This document shows, piece by piece, positions 50,499-61,762 of a stretch of 64,000 nt of DNA (the first letter of the stretch is position 1; every line of letters starts with the position of its first letter). The DNA lies in NCBI GenBank assembly GCA_043228905.1, contig JBHGNT010000013.1, positions 9,796,001 through 9,860,000 of the forward strand, read 5' to 3'. Under the pieces are notes generated by a model. The model saw only the letters and a list, made by a program, of their open reading frames with translations, searched no databases and was not told the origin of the DNA. This DNA is from Azolla caroliniana (Eukaryota; Plantae; Polypodiophyta). The position numbers were made by a program, and so were the translations under genes.

Positions 50499-53400
50499 CA
50501 GTATCTCCGAAACATGCTTTAAACTCACCTAGAAACTCTTCAAAATTGTTGAGTAACGGGGATTCCTTTTCTAATAGTGGAGCGAACCATGCAAACGCTG
50601 AGCCACTTAACAAAGTGCCTACTAAACCCACTCGTGATGCATCAGTGGGATACTGGGAAGGATGCATTTGAATAACTAATCGTACCTGGTTAAGGAACCC
50701 TCTAAACTGCGATCGCGTTCCATCGAACTTCGTGGGAAGGCCAATCTTGGGTTCTTTATGAATCCCTTGTGTTCCGGGCCCTTGTTGTTGCATCACTATG
50801 ATGGTTGCTTCGAGTTGTTGCACGCGTAACGCAAGTTCCCCATGCTCTTGTTGCGTTTGCTGCTTTTCTAAGGAGATTTGCTGAAGAACCCCAGCAACCG
50901 TTGGTTTTCTTGTTCCAAAGCATGGAACTTCTCTTTCAAGCATTGAAATTCCGAGAAAACAGATTGATATTCTTCAACGCTAACAGTGGCCATGGGATGA
51001 AAGAAAAGAGGAATAAGAGATTAGTAGGAAATGAGAGAGACAGAAGGTAGGGAAATCGGTTCAAACTGTCAGGAACAGTACTAAGACAGAGAAGGAATTA
51101 GTACTAAAAGAAGTATTAGTACTAAGAGAGGTGAAGAACTCTCGAGAGAAGGAAAGAGTGAGTGAGAGGGAGGGAGAGAGAGATCGAGAGAGAGAGAGAG
51201 AGAGTGATGATAAGAAAAGATATATATTATGTGAAGAAAAATGTACAGTAGCTAGGAGGCTTAAGACTGGTGTTGAACTGATTTGGTTCGAAATAATGCC
51301 TTGTGCCTCCTTTTATAGTGTTCTAAGGACTACTCCTGAAGTTTCTAGAATGTTCCAGAGAAATCTGGAATATACATCAATTTTCTATAATAAAACATAA
51401 ATGAAAATAATATTCTATGTATTACAATGTATAGTTTAATGGTCAAGAGCTCAACCCATCTAGTATAAGGTCATGGGTTCGAGTCTTACCATATCATGAC
51501 AGGTGCATGGGCAAGCCCGAAATGGTCCCTCGTCACGAGACGGCCGAATGTACAAGGAAGACACAAACACACGCACAAAATGTTCGTACGTCTTTATGAG
51601 GAGGAGAGGTGCATGGGCACACCCGAAACAATCCGTCGTCACAAGACGACTGAATATACAAGGAAGATATACACACACACAACGCCTTTATGAGGAGGAG
51701 AGGTGCATGGGCAAAGCCCGAACGGTCTCCTCGTCACAAGACGGCCGAACGTACAAGGAAGACACAAACACACGCACAAAATGCTCGTACGTCTTTATGA
51801 GGAGGAGAGGTGCATGGGCACGCCCGAAACGGTCCCCTCGTCACAAGATGGCTGAACGTACAAGGAAGACACACACACACACAACGCCTTTATGAGGAGG
51901 AGAGGTGCATAGGCAAGCCCGAACGGTCTCCTCGTCACAAGACGGCCGAACGTACAAGGAAGACACAAACACACGCACAAAATGCTCGTACGTCTTTATG
52001 AGGAGGAGAGGTGCATGGGCACGCCCGAAACGGTCCCCTCGTCACAAGACGGCTGAACGTACAAGGAAGACACAAACACACTTGTACGAAGACACAAACG
52101 CACACACAAATGCTCGTACGCCTTTATGAGGAGGAGAGGTGCATGGGCACGCCCGAACGGTCCCCTCGTCACAAGACGGCCGGACGTACAAGGAAGACAC
52201 AAACACACGCACAAAATGTTCGTAGGTCTTTATGAGGAGGAGAGGTGCATGGGCACGCCCAAAACGGTCCCGTCGTCACAAGACGGCCGGACGTACAAGG
52301 AAGACACAAACACACGCACAAAATGCTCGTACGTCTTTATGAGGAGGAGAGGTGCATGGGCAAGCCCGAACGGTCCCCTCGTCACAAGACGGCTGGACGT
52401 ACAAGGAAGACACACACACACACAACGCCTTTATGAGGAGGAGAGGTGCATGGGCAAGCCCGAACGGTCCCCTCGTCACAAGACGGCCGGACGTACAAGG
52501 AAGACACAAACACACGCACAAATGCTCGTACGCCTTTATGAGGAGGAGAGGTGCATGGCCAAGCCCGAACGGTCCCCTCGTCACAAGACGGCCGGACATA
52601 CAAGGAAGACACGAATAAAGAAAGAAGGAGAGAAAGAAACACAAATTATATCGACCAAAGAGATAAATACATGTTCGATTCCAACGCAAGAGAACCCTTA
52701 ATAAAATAGGGTTTTGTTTACAATGACAACTTATAGTTAACCACAAGCTCAATCAAAACATAAATATTAAATGCCCTTAGAGACAAAAGCAAATCCGAAC
52801 ACGGCGAAGATGAACACACGAGCACCACCAAAATGCCAATTCCAACGAAGCACGACCACCCGAACGGTGAGCACACGGGCTCGCAACGACGAACGGGGCA
52901 GAGCAACGTCGAACCAACGAAGCTTGGGCTCACGAGCACTTCGAGTGCCGACGCGAAGAAGACGGGCACGTGGCGATGGGGTGATGAAAGGGTATGAGAT
53001 GAAGAGAAGTGGTGAATAAGGAGATGAAGAGCTTCGAAGGAAAATTGGCGATAGTCTCCTCCTCCCAAAACGTTCTCCCCAATGAGCCCCCCTCGACCTC
53101 CTGTTATAGGAAAAAAAGAAAGGGGGGTCGCCAAATTTGTCTTCAATGAAAAAGGAATAAAATTCCTTAAATCACACTACACTATAAGTCCAAATTCGAA
53201 CTGTGCACCTCTAGCCATTAGTCAATGTGACTATCCACTAGCCCACTAATTCTCTCTTATATAATATATAATTCTATCTCTATAAATTCATAGCCTATCT
53301 CCCCTCTACCTTTTATCTCTTCTCTCTCTTACTTTTTGCACGAGCTTGTATACCTCCTTTTCACCCTTTCTTTTCCTTTTGATTTTGCATATGCACAATT

Positions 53401-53599
53401 AATTGCTTTTGTGAGCACAGACATTGCACATGCACATTTTGGACCCCCCCTTTTCGCCGGTTTTTCCCACTCTCGAGCACGCCACATCACGACACCGACC
53501 CAAGTTGAGCTTGCTCACTCAACCTCCTCCTCCGCTCCATCGTCAATCCGGTCCTTGTTCGATTGCTTATACCCTTCGTCGTCATCATCAAGACCCTCC

Positions 53600-54647
53600 A
53601 CTACGACAACCTCAGGAGTATCCAGTTAGCGAAGAACCTTGTCTTCCACGCCTAGACTAAGAAAATTGAGGTGCACTACCACTTTGTCCGCGAGCGTGTC
53701 CTCTTCAGTGAAGTCGAACTTCAGTATGTTTCGACGGATCGGCAGACCGCCGACATGTTCACCAACCCCCTTGGTCTCGACAAGTTGTGGTGATTCTCGA
53801 GTGCGCTTGGGTTGCGACACCTGGATGTGCCGAACTTGAGGGGGAGAGAAGTCCCGGAAGACCACGGAAGGGAGCCGGAAAGGAGCGGAATAGACCGTGA
53901 CGCCAAGTCGAATGACAAATTCGATTTCGGGTCGGCTGAAGAAGCTTAGGGCAGATCCGCGAAAGAGTCCAAAAACGGATGTAAGGGAAGTAGTCGAAAG
54001 AAAGAGACGAAACCAGCCAAGCATTGGGGAGATGAAGCTAACTCAGATGAGAGCAAAAACCAATCGGAGGAAGCTGATTCGGTTCGGATGTTTGATTCGG
54101 AGATGTTGAATCAACCGAGGGCCAAGCGGAAGAAAGGGCAGCCGAAGAGGTGCCAACATCACGACAACAAGGGAGTTGAGAAGGGTTGCACGAGCACACA
54201 TGCCGACCGGAAGGGTCGAGGCGCGCGGAATCGAACAGGACGAGGCGTGAAGCCAGAAGAAACCGGAGTGGTGATTCGGAAGAACCAGAAGAGCCTCAAG
54301 TTGAGCTTGAGGGGGAGTGTTGAGATACAAGCTCAACATTGGCCGAATCGGTTGTGCAAACCGAGAACCGGATCAATTGGGACTGATCGGTTAGGCCGGA
54401 CCGGTGCGTAAACCGGTACACAAACCGGTGCGCAACGAGAAGCCGTAGCGGTGCGTAAACCGCGAGGCCGTTGGAAAGATATTCCGTGTAGGAATATATT
54501 TTGGGAGTTAGTGTAGAGCTCAGTTATGAGCATTGAAGTACGTGTCAGTACTTCTGTCAGTTCGTATGGACTTGTATAAAAGTGCTCACTGAGCACATCC
54601 TATGTATAGACTGAGTATTATTTTTTGAAAGAGTTGCGTGTATTGAC

Positions 54648-54713
<66 letters not shown>

Positions 54714-54802
54714 GCGTACTGTGTGAGTCCAATCTTTCCATTAAACCTGTGTTTTTTCCTACGTTTGGTTTTCTGTTGCTTTCGCACGTTGTTCTTTTTA
54801 CA
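53600..54802 (+). mobile_element. Ty1/copia 3' fragment: RNase H end, 3'UTR, PPT, 3' LTR 54318-54802 (contains long (CT)n)
   Basis: YDNLRSIQLAKNLVFHA*TKKIEVHYHFVRERV..QTADMFT; PPT TTGAGGGGGAG; TGTTGAGATAC..TTTACA LTR homologous to 55953-56370. Confidence 0.8.
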
Positions 54803-55952
54803 CATATGTTGTCGGTGGTCTTCATTCTATTAGTGGGTGTCCCCTTACACTCGTTGTCGGCTCCAGTTCAGATGTATCTACCGACTCTACTCTCAGCTCG
54901 GGTTCATATGTCTCAATCGGTTGTCGGATGTTCACTGACTCCGACTTGTATTCTTCGATTGACCTTAGTAGCTCTCCCGACTCTTACTCATAGCCAGTCG
55001 GTCTCTCCGAGTCGACTGAGTCGGATTCGGTTATGCCGACTGGCTGTCTCCAAATAGCCAACTGTGTCGGTTCACTTGGCCTCACATCGATAGTAGTGGA
55101 GGTTGACTGGGTAGTCGATTTTGACTTTTGTTGCTTCCAGTCCCCTATCGTCTTGTCTTCCAAGAAGATTACGTGTCAACTCCTCGATACCTTGTCGACT
55201 AGGTCTCATAGCCTATAGCCAAACTCATATTCCGAGTATCCCATGAATATGCATGGTTTCGACTTATTGTCAAGCATAGACCTCTGATCCTTATCCACAT
55301 GCATATATACTAAGCATCCAAACACCCTCAGATGTGTTGGTAGGAGACATCCTTTCTTGTCCACACCCTTGTGGAACATTACCCTTCAATGGCACTGAGG
55401 GAGACTTGTTGATCAGATAAACAGTTGTATATATTGCCTCAGCCCAATAGGATTTTGGCAGTTTATAATGAGAGAGCATGCTCCTTACTCTCTCCATGAT
55501 TGTTCAATTCATCCTCTCTGCAAGCCTATTCAACTCAGGGGTCCTCGGCACTGTGTATTTGATTTGAATACCTTGGGCCTTGCAGTATTCCTCGAAGTAA
55601 CCTCTATATTCACCACCATTGTCGGTTCGGTCAGCCTTCAACTTCCGACCTGACTCCCGTTCGACTCTTGCCTAGAACTCCTTGAAATATGACAGTACGT
55701 GATATTTTGACTTTAGTACGAAAGCCCACAACTTTCGACTATAGTCATCGATGAAGGTCACAAAGTATTGCCCGCCTCGATGCAATAGAGCATTCACATA
55801 ACACACATTTGTGTGTACTAGTTCCAGTGCAGCTTATCTTATTCTCGGTGGTCTTGTCTGGAATGTTGCTCGGTTCTGCTTTCCGACTAAGCAGTCGACA
55901 CACTTCTCCAAGTGCACTTCCTTTACTTCTGGTCAGCTAACACATGCATCCC
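54803..55952 (-). mobile_element. Old Tork/Tnt1-like copia integrase fragment (host of the two flanking copia insertions)
   Basis: KCVDCLVGKQNR, GGQYFVTFIDDYSRKLW, TDNGGEY, ERVRSMLSHYKLPKSYWAEAIYTTVYLINKSPSVPL. Confidence 0.8.
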
Positions 55953-58629
55953 TGTTGAGATACAAGCTCAACATTGGCCGGATCGGCTGTGGAAGCCGAG
56001 AACCAGACCGGTGCGTAAAACGCGTGCGTAAACTGGTACGCAAACCGGTGCGTAATGAGAAGCCGTAGCAGTGCGTAAACCACGAGGCCGTTGGAAAGAT
56101 ATTCCGCGTAGGAATATATTTTGGGAGTTAGCGTAGTGCTTAGTTATGAGCATTGAAGTACGTGTCAGTACTTCTGTCAGTCCGTATGGACTTGTATAAA
56201 AGTGCTCACTGGGCACATTCTATGTATAGATTGAGTATTATTTTTTAATTGAATTTCTGTGTGTTCTCTCTCTCTGTCTCTCCCGCGTACTGTGTATATT
56301 CAAGCTCTCCATTAAACCTACCTATTTTCTGTGTTCGGTTTTCTATTGTTTCCGCACATAATCTTTTTCATGGTATCAGAGCGAGAGGGTTGAGAACCTC
56401 TGCAGCCGACCTTAGCTTGAAAAGAAAACTAACCAAGAAGACAAGAAAAACAAAATAGATAGAGGCATGGCTAGCTCGCTTCCTACCGAGAAGCTCGACA
56501 GAAACAACTATGCTTCTTGGTCCTACAAGATGCACCAGTACCTACTCGGGCACGGTTACTGGAGTTATGTCGACGGAGCAAATGACACAGCACCCGAATC
56601 GACACACAGAGATTTCCCGGCGTGGGAACAGTCGACGAGCATAGTACTGTACTACTTCGCGTCCTGTGTGGGTGAACAACTTCTAAGCTACATTCGGGAT
56701 GCAAAAATGCCGAAAGATGCTTGGGGAAATCTCAAGAAGATTTTCGCCGCAACCACTACAGCCAGAAAGCTTCAACTCTGACAGGAGCTGAGTAACCTAT
56801 GACAACGCGATTTGTCTGTGGCTGATTACACCTCAAAGATCAAAGATATATCCGACTCCTTAGCGTCCATCGATGTGAACGTTAAGGAAGGCGAAATGGT
56901 GCAGATCTGTCTCCGGGGACTGGTGTCGAAGTTCAGAGCGTTTAGAACTGCTGTGTGTACACGGGAGAATACGCCGTCGTTTTTCGACTTACAGTCGATG
57001 CTCCTTATAGAGTAGAACCACGTGGGTGCATCGACGAGCACGCATGCCGACAACAAGATGTTGTACATGGAGGGAGATAGGCCCCGTGGTAGTGCCGGAT
57101 GGGGCGAGTCGGTGCGCAATGGAGGCGGTCGACGGGATCAAGGAAGAAGACACTGAAGTGATGCCGACAACAATTCCAGACCCTCCGGAAATAGGGGGAG
57201 TCAAGGTGACGAGAATCGGCAAGGGAAATCTCGAAATGCTGGTACTGTGGCAAAAAGGGCCACAAAGAGAGCGAGTGCTGGAAGAAGCGCGCTGATTTGG
57301 AGAGGAACGGATCTAGATCAGGTTCCGGACAGACCGATAAAGGGAATCGGCAGCGATCGCACTACGCCGAAGGATCCGGAAAAGCCGGAAAAGGGTCGGC
57401 GTTCGTGACGAGACAGGAAGCGAAATCGATGAAGGTGTCCACCCTGAAATCGGACGAGGTGTGGTACGTCGACTTCGGGGCCTCAAACCACATGACGTGC
57501 CACAAGGAGTGGTTCTCATACCTTGAGAAACCGATGCAACCGGGAGTAGTCGCAACCGGAGACGACACTCCGCATCCGATCGCGAATGTCGGTGAGGTTC
57601 CCCTAAGCCATGTCAGGCGGAAAGGGAAACTCATGAACATGTTACACGTCCCCACAATCACGAAGAATCTGGTGTCAGTCGGGCAGATCGTCGACCAGGG
57701 GATGCAAGTCCGGTTCACACATCTCGGGTGCTTCATCGAAGAAGAAGGCTGAGTTATTGTGCAAGGGCATAGAGACGGGAGGATGGTTATCCTCGACTCT
57801 AGTGACGGTGGCACCACAATGTTCGCGAAAGGACAAAAAGTCGAGTCGGCTATCGACTTATGGCACAAGCGGATAGGCCACGTCAACTATCAGCGGCTTC
57901 AGTACCTACAATCGAAACAGGTGGTATTCAGATTACCCAAATTTAGTGGCCGGAAGGCACGAATTTGTGAAGCCTGCCAGCTAGGGAAGCAACACCGACT
58001 TCCTTTCCATCGGATGGGGGCCGGCACAAAACGTTAGTCTTGGTGGGAGTCGATATTTTGTCTCCTTCATCGATGACTATACGCGGCACACGTGGATCTA
58101 CCTCATTGAGAAGAAGAGTGAAGTCTTCGACTGTTTTCGGAACCTCAAGAGTTTCGTCAAAAGGGAAACAAGAAGAAAGATCGAGTGCTTGCGGTCAGAT
58201 GGTGGAAAAGAGTACTTTTCCGGTCAATTCAACGGCTATCTACAATAGATGGGAATTCGGCGCGAATTTAGTTGTAGATACACGCCGAAGCAAAACGGCG
58301 TGGCCGAGAGGAAGAATCGGTCAGTTGTGGAAGCGGCACGGGCAATGCTGGAGGAAAAGAGCTTGCCCAAGTTCTATTGGGCCGAGGCAGTACGAACCGC
58401 GGTATACATCCAAAATCGGATCGGAGACAAAGTGTCGGCGCATGAGTAGTATTTCGGAAGGAAGCCGAATCTACGACACTTGAGAGTTTTCGGTAGCATT
58501 GCGTATGTGCATGTGCCGAAGGAGAAATGGAGGAAGTTGGACGCGAAAGCCGAGAACTATATCTTGGTCGGCTACTCGGACGAGCAAAAGGGTTATAAGT
58601 GTTATAACCCTCGCACCAAACAAGCGTGT

Positions 58630-60415
58630 TGTCGTGAAAATCCGTCACTATGTGCGGATCGTGAGACGGAACCGCCGGGGTTCTGGACGAGAAGGATTTA
58701 GAGCAACATGAACAACACAAGCAAGTTTTAAGCATGAGACAAGAGGGAGAGACAAATCATTAGTTTATTGCAAAAGAAAATCAATTCTTTATAATTTCAG
58801 AATCGTGTTACAATGGGTTGGGTATGGAAATGAGAGATTAATTTTTCAAAGAAAGGAGCCAACAACCATGCAAGGAGTGGTCCGATATGAATCCCAGAGA
58901 TAATTTTTGACAAGAAAGATCAATTAAACAAAGCTAGGATTTTGATATCAATATGTGAGATAATTTTCTTCTCGAATTCGAGAGGGAAGAAGAAAGAAGG
59001 GAAAAAAAAAACTAGGAGGGAAAAAAATGGGACATATATCGAGCTCCTCGTTGATCCTCCTCCCCAATGTTACTTTGCATGCCCACTTTTAGTTGGATGG
59101 CCTCTATTTTTAGTTGCATGGCCTCTGCTTTTAGTTGCATGCCTTTTACTTTTAGTTGCATGACCTTGGCTTTTGGTTGCATGCGATTGTCCGTATAATT
59201 CGGCCAAATGACACAATCATCCATAAAGTTTAGCTCGTGCGCAATCCGTACGTTCGTCGCAACCAAACTATAGACGGTCCGCGCGCAAAAGTCCTGACCG
59301 TGTAGTAGTGTATGCATCCACGCATGTGTGCGTCCCGACCGCACCGTAGTGTACGCATCCACGCGCGGGCGCGCGTCCAACCCGCACCATGTACGCATCC
59401 GCGCGCAAAAGTCTCGACAGCGCCGTAGTGTACGCATCCACGCATGCGCGTGTGCGCACACACACATCCGCGCGCTTGTCCGCACATACGCGTCCGTCCG
59501 AAACATCCACGCGTACGCCCGAAACTTGCACACGCGCGTACATCCGAAGACGTCCATGCGCGCGTACGTCCGAAAACGTCCACGCGGCCATGCACACGCG
59601 CGTACACCCAAAGCGTGCACACCACGTAGTAGTGTATGCGTCCACGCATGTGCGCGTCCCGACCGCACCGTAGTGTACGCATCCACGCGCGCGCGTGTCT
59701 AACCCGCACCGTGTATGCATCCGTGCGCAAAAGTCTCGTCGGCGCCGTAGTGTACGCATCCACGCATGCGCATGTGCGCACACACGCATCCGCGCACTCG
59801 TCTGCACATACGCATTCGTCCGAAACATCCACACGTACGCCCCGTGCGCAAAAGTCTCGACGGCGCCGTAGTGTACGCATCCACGCATGCGCATGTGCGC
59901 ACACACGCATCCGCGCGCTCGTCTGCACATACGCATTCGTCCAAAACATCCACGCATACGCCCGAAACTTGCACACGCGCATACATCCGAAGACGTCCAT
60001 GCACATGCACGTACACCCAAAGCGTGCACACCACACAATGTAGCCCAAGTCACCTTGAACATTCTATGTTCCACACATTGATAGAATGAATATGTTTTGG
60101 TTTCCCTTATATATCCTGGGTTCCAATATTGTCCTATCTATGTGGGATATCGCACAGTTTTGTCTTTTCTTTCTTCTTCTTCAAACTTCACACTCACATA
60201 GCTTGATACTTGTTTATCCGTTTCATGCGTAGTAAAATACGCTATGAAACTCTTCAAATTTCATACTCACATAGCTTGATACTTGTTTATCCGTTTCATG
60301 CGTAGTAAAATATGCTATAAAACTCTTGAAGACACCTATCTATATGAATACATTAAGCTAATCTTAAATAATTATTTTACTAGTTTTCATATTGTGTGTG
60401 AAAAACCACACGACA
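58630..60415 (-). mobile_element. Solo LTR-like insertion (1786 bp) of the 4-bp-TSD Ty3 lineage with an internal GC-rich repeat array
   Basis: TGTCGTG..CACGACA; TSD gtgt/gcgc. Removing it plus 4 bp restores [18 protein letters not shown]-like sequence near 60107-60114 (minus). Confidence 0.82.
59085..60330. repeat. Internal repeats of the solo LTR: ~21-bp (ttttagttgcatg..) x5, composite GC-rich array 59275-60035, and a ~65-bp duplication at 60190-60330
   Basis: Recurrent gtagtgtacgcatccacgc, gcgcaaaagtctcgac and cgaaacatccac modules. Confidence 0.85.
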
Positions 60416-61762
60416 GCGCGTGAGGCGTGACGTTGTGTTTGACGAGTCCACGTCCTGGTACTTGCCTCCGACTCCGGACCTCAACTCCAATCCGAGTTCT
60501 GACGATGAGGTCAGCAAGGCCGAGATGCCCCTGGATGAGCCTAAAATCGGGACCTACGAAGACAGTTCGATTTCGTTTTGGTTAAGCGGACCGAATGGAC
60601 GACTGAGTCGGTTCGACCAGTCTGATGAAGAGCCGGCAAGTAGTGGAGACTCGGCCGTGCATTCCCCGCATAGGAAGCTGAGGAGACGGCTTACGCGCAA
60701 GGGAAAAGGGAAGAAGAAGGTGTCGGATTACGACACGGGTAGGAACGAGTCTGATCGACGCGAGTCCGATTCCGAGGGAAGTGACGACGGGTTTTCAAGA
60801 CCAAAGTCCGCGTCGGCCAAGAAAGCCTCAACATCGGCTAATGAGCAATTACGCCGATCAACCCACCAGAAGAACCCTGTTGTGCGGTTTGGTTACAACG
60901 AGTACATGGTGCATCACTATGCCTACATGGTGCATCACTATGTGTACATGATGCGTGTAGCGGAAGTGCGTGAGACAGAGAGCTACGTAGAAGCGACGAA
61001 GGACGCAAATTGGCATGCCACAATGGGGGAAGAGATGCGCGCATCGGTGGAGAATGAAACCTGGGACCTGGTTGACGCACCAAAAGGTGTGAAACCGATC
61101 GAATGTAGGTGGGTGTATAAGGTGAAATACAACACCGATGGCTCTTTCAACTTCTACAAGGCCCGGTTAGTAGCAAAAGGCTACATACAGAAGCATGGCA
61201 TGGACTATGACGAGACCTTTGCGCCTGTCGCAAAGCTGACTACGGTGCGAGTCCTGCTAGCCGTAGCTACGGCAAAGGGGTGGCACTTACATCAGATGGA
61301 TGTAAAGAATGCGTTCCTTCAAGGTGAGCTTGAGGAATAGGTGTACATGGTACAACCCCCCGGATTTCACTCTGGAATGAACACTTCGGCGGTGTGCCGA
61401 TTGAAGAAGTCCCTCTACGGACTAAAGGAAGCCCCGCGTGCCTGGAACGTGAAGATCACGCAACGATTGCGTCGGATGGGCTTTGCAACATCAAAATCAG
61501 ACTCCTCACAATTCATCCGGAAAGGTCGACTCGGGCCGGTTAGTATTTTACTTTATGTTGATGACTTGGTCATCACCGGCGCTGACCTAGGTGAAATTGA
61601 CCACGTAAAGCTCCAGCTTGCGATGTCATTTGACATGAAGGACTTGGGGGACCTTCATTATTTCCTCGGGATCGAAGTGATCCGTACCCCCGAGGGCATA
61701 CTGATCAGCCAATGGCATTACATGCTGTGAGTATGATCTTCAAATTCGGGATGGCCGACTAT

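Larger units (their letters stand above)
38085..51501 (-). mobile_element. Tcn1/Tf1-sushi-like chromovirus copy 1: LTRs 38085-38520 and 51067-51501, TSD GGTGC
   Basis: LTRs about 98% similar by eye (TGTCATGA..CCTGACA on minus); perfect 5-bp TSD; PPT AAAGGGAGGATAG; PEG10/sushi-like gag (KEPKIGLPTKFDGTRSQFRGF, PTPMEID) at 50993-50504 + 43480-42821; pol with chromodomain. Confidence 0.93.
37855..52611. repeat. Same 105-bp array in the gypsy 5' LTR (13 units: 37855-38084 and 51502-52611; third unit split by the nested element)
   Basis: Same unit sequence; the array resumes exactly after the GGTGC TSD. Confidence 0.9.
29033..53494 (-). mobile_element. Full-length but decayed non-chromoviral Ty3/gypsy element: 3' LTR 29033-31137, 5' LTR 37569-53494 (split by a nested element), tRNA-Trp PBS, 4-bp TSD
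   Basis: Homologous LTRs TGT(T/C)GCGAAG..CATCACGACA; TSD ccgg/ccga; PPT-like GGTGGGGGTGGA at ~31138-31149; gag-PR-RT-RH-IN order on the minus strand. Confidence 0.9.
55953..61762 (+). mobile_element. Ty1/copia element: 5' LTR 55953-56370, PBS-Met 56371-56382, gag-PR-IN-RT pseudogene, interrupted at 58630 and 61763
   Basis: MASSLPTEKLDRNNYASWSYKMHQYL; WYVDFGASNHMT; LWHKRIGHVN..CEACQLGKQ; FIDDY; RSDGGKEY; QNGVAERKNR; [10 protein letters not shown]; QMDVKNAFL; LLYVDDL. Confidence 0.9.

Noticed and set aside
20063-54802. One giant copia with 5' LTR at 20063 and 3' LTR at 54318
   Set aside because: The LTRs match only in the first ~20 nt and the flanks (aggat / catat) are not a TSD.
54318-56370. 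Two similar LTRs as one TRIM/LARD element
   Set aside because: The left LTR is preceded by a PPT and the right is followed by a PBS. They are the 3' and 5' LTRs of two separate copia copies flanking an older host fragment, and there is no shared TSD.
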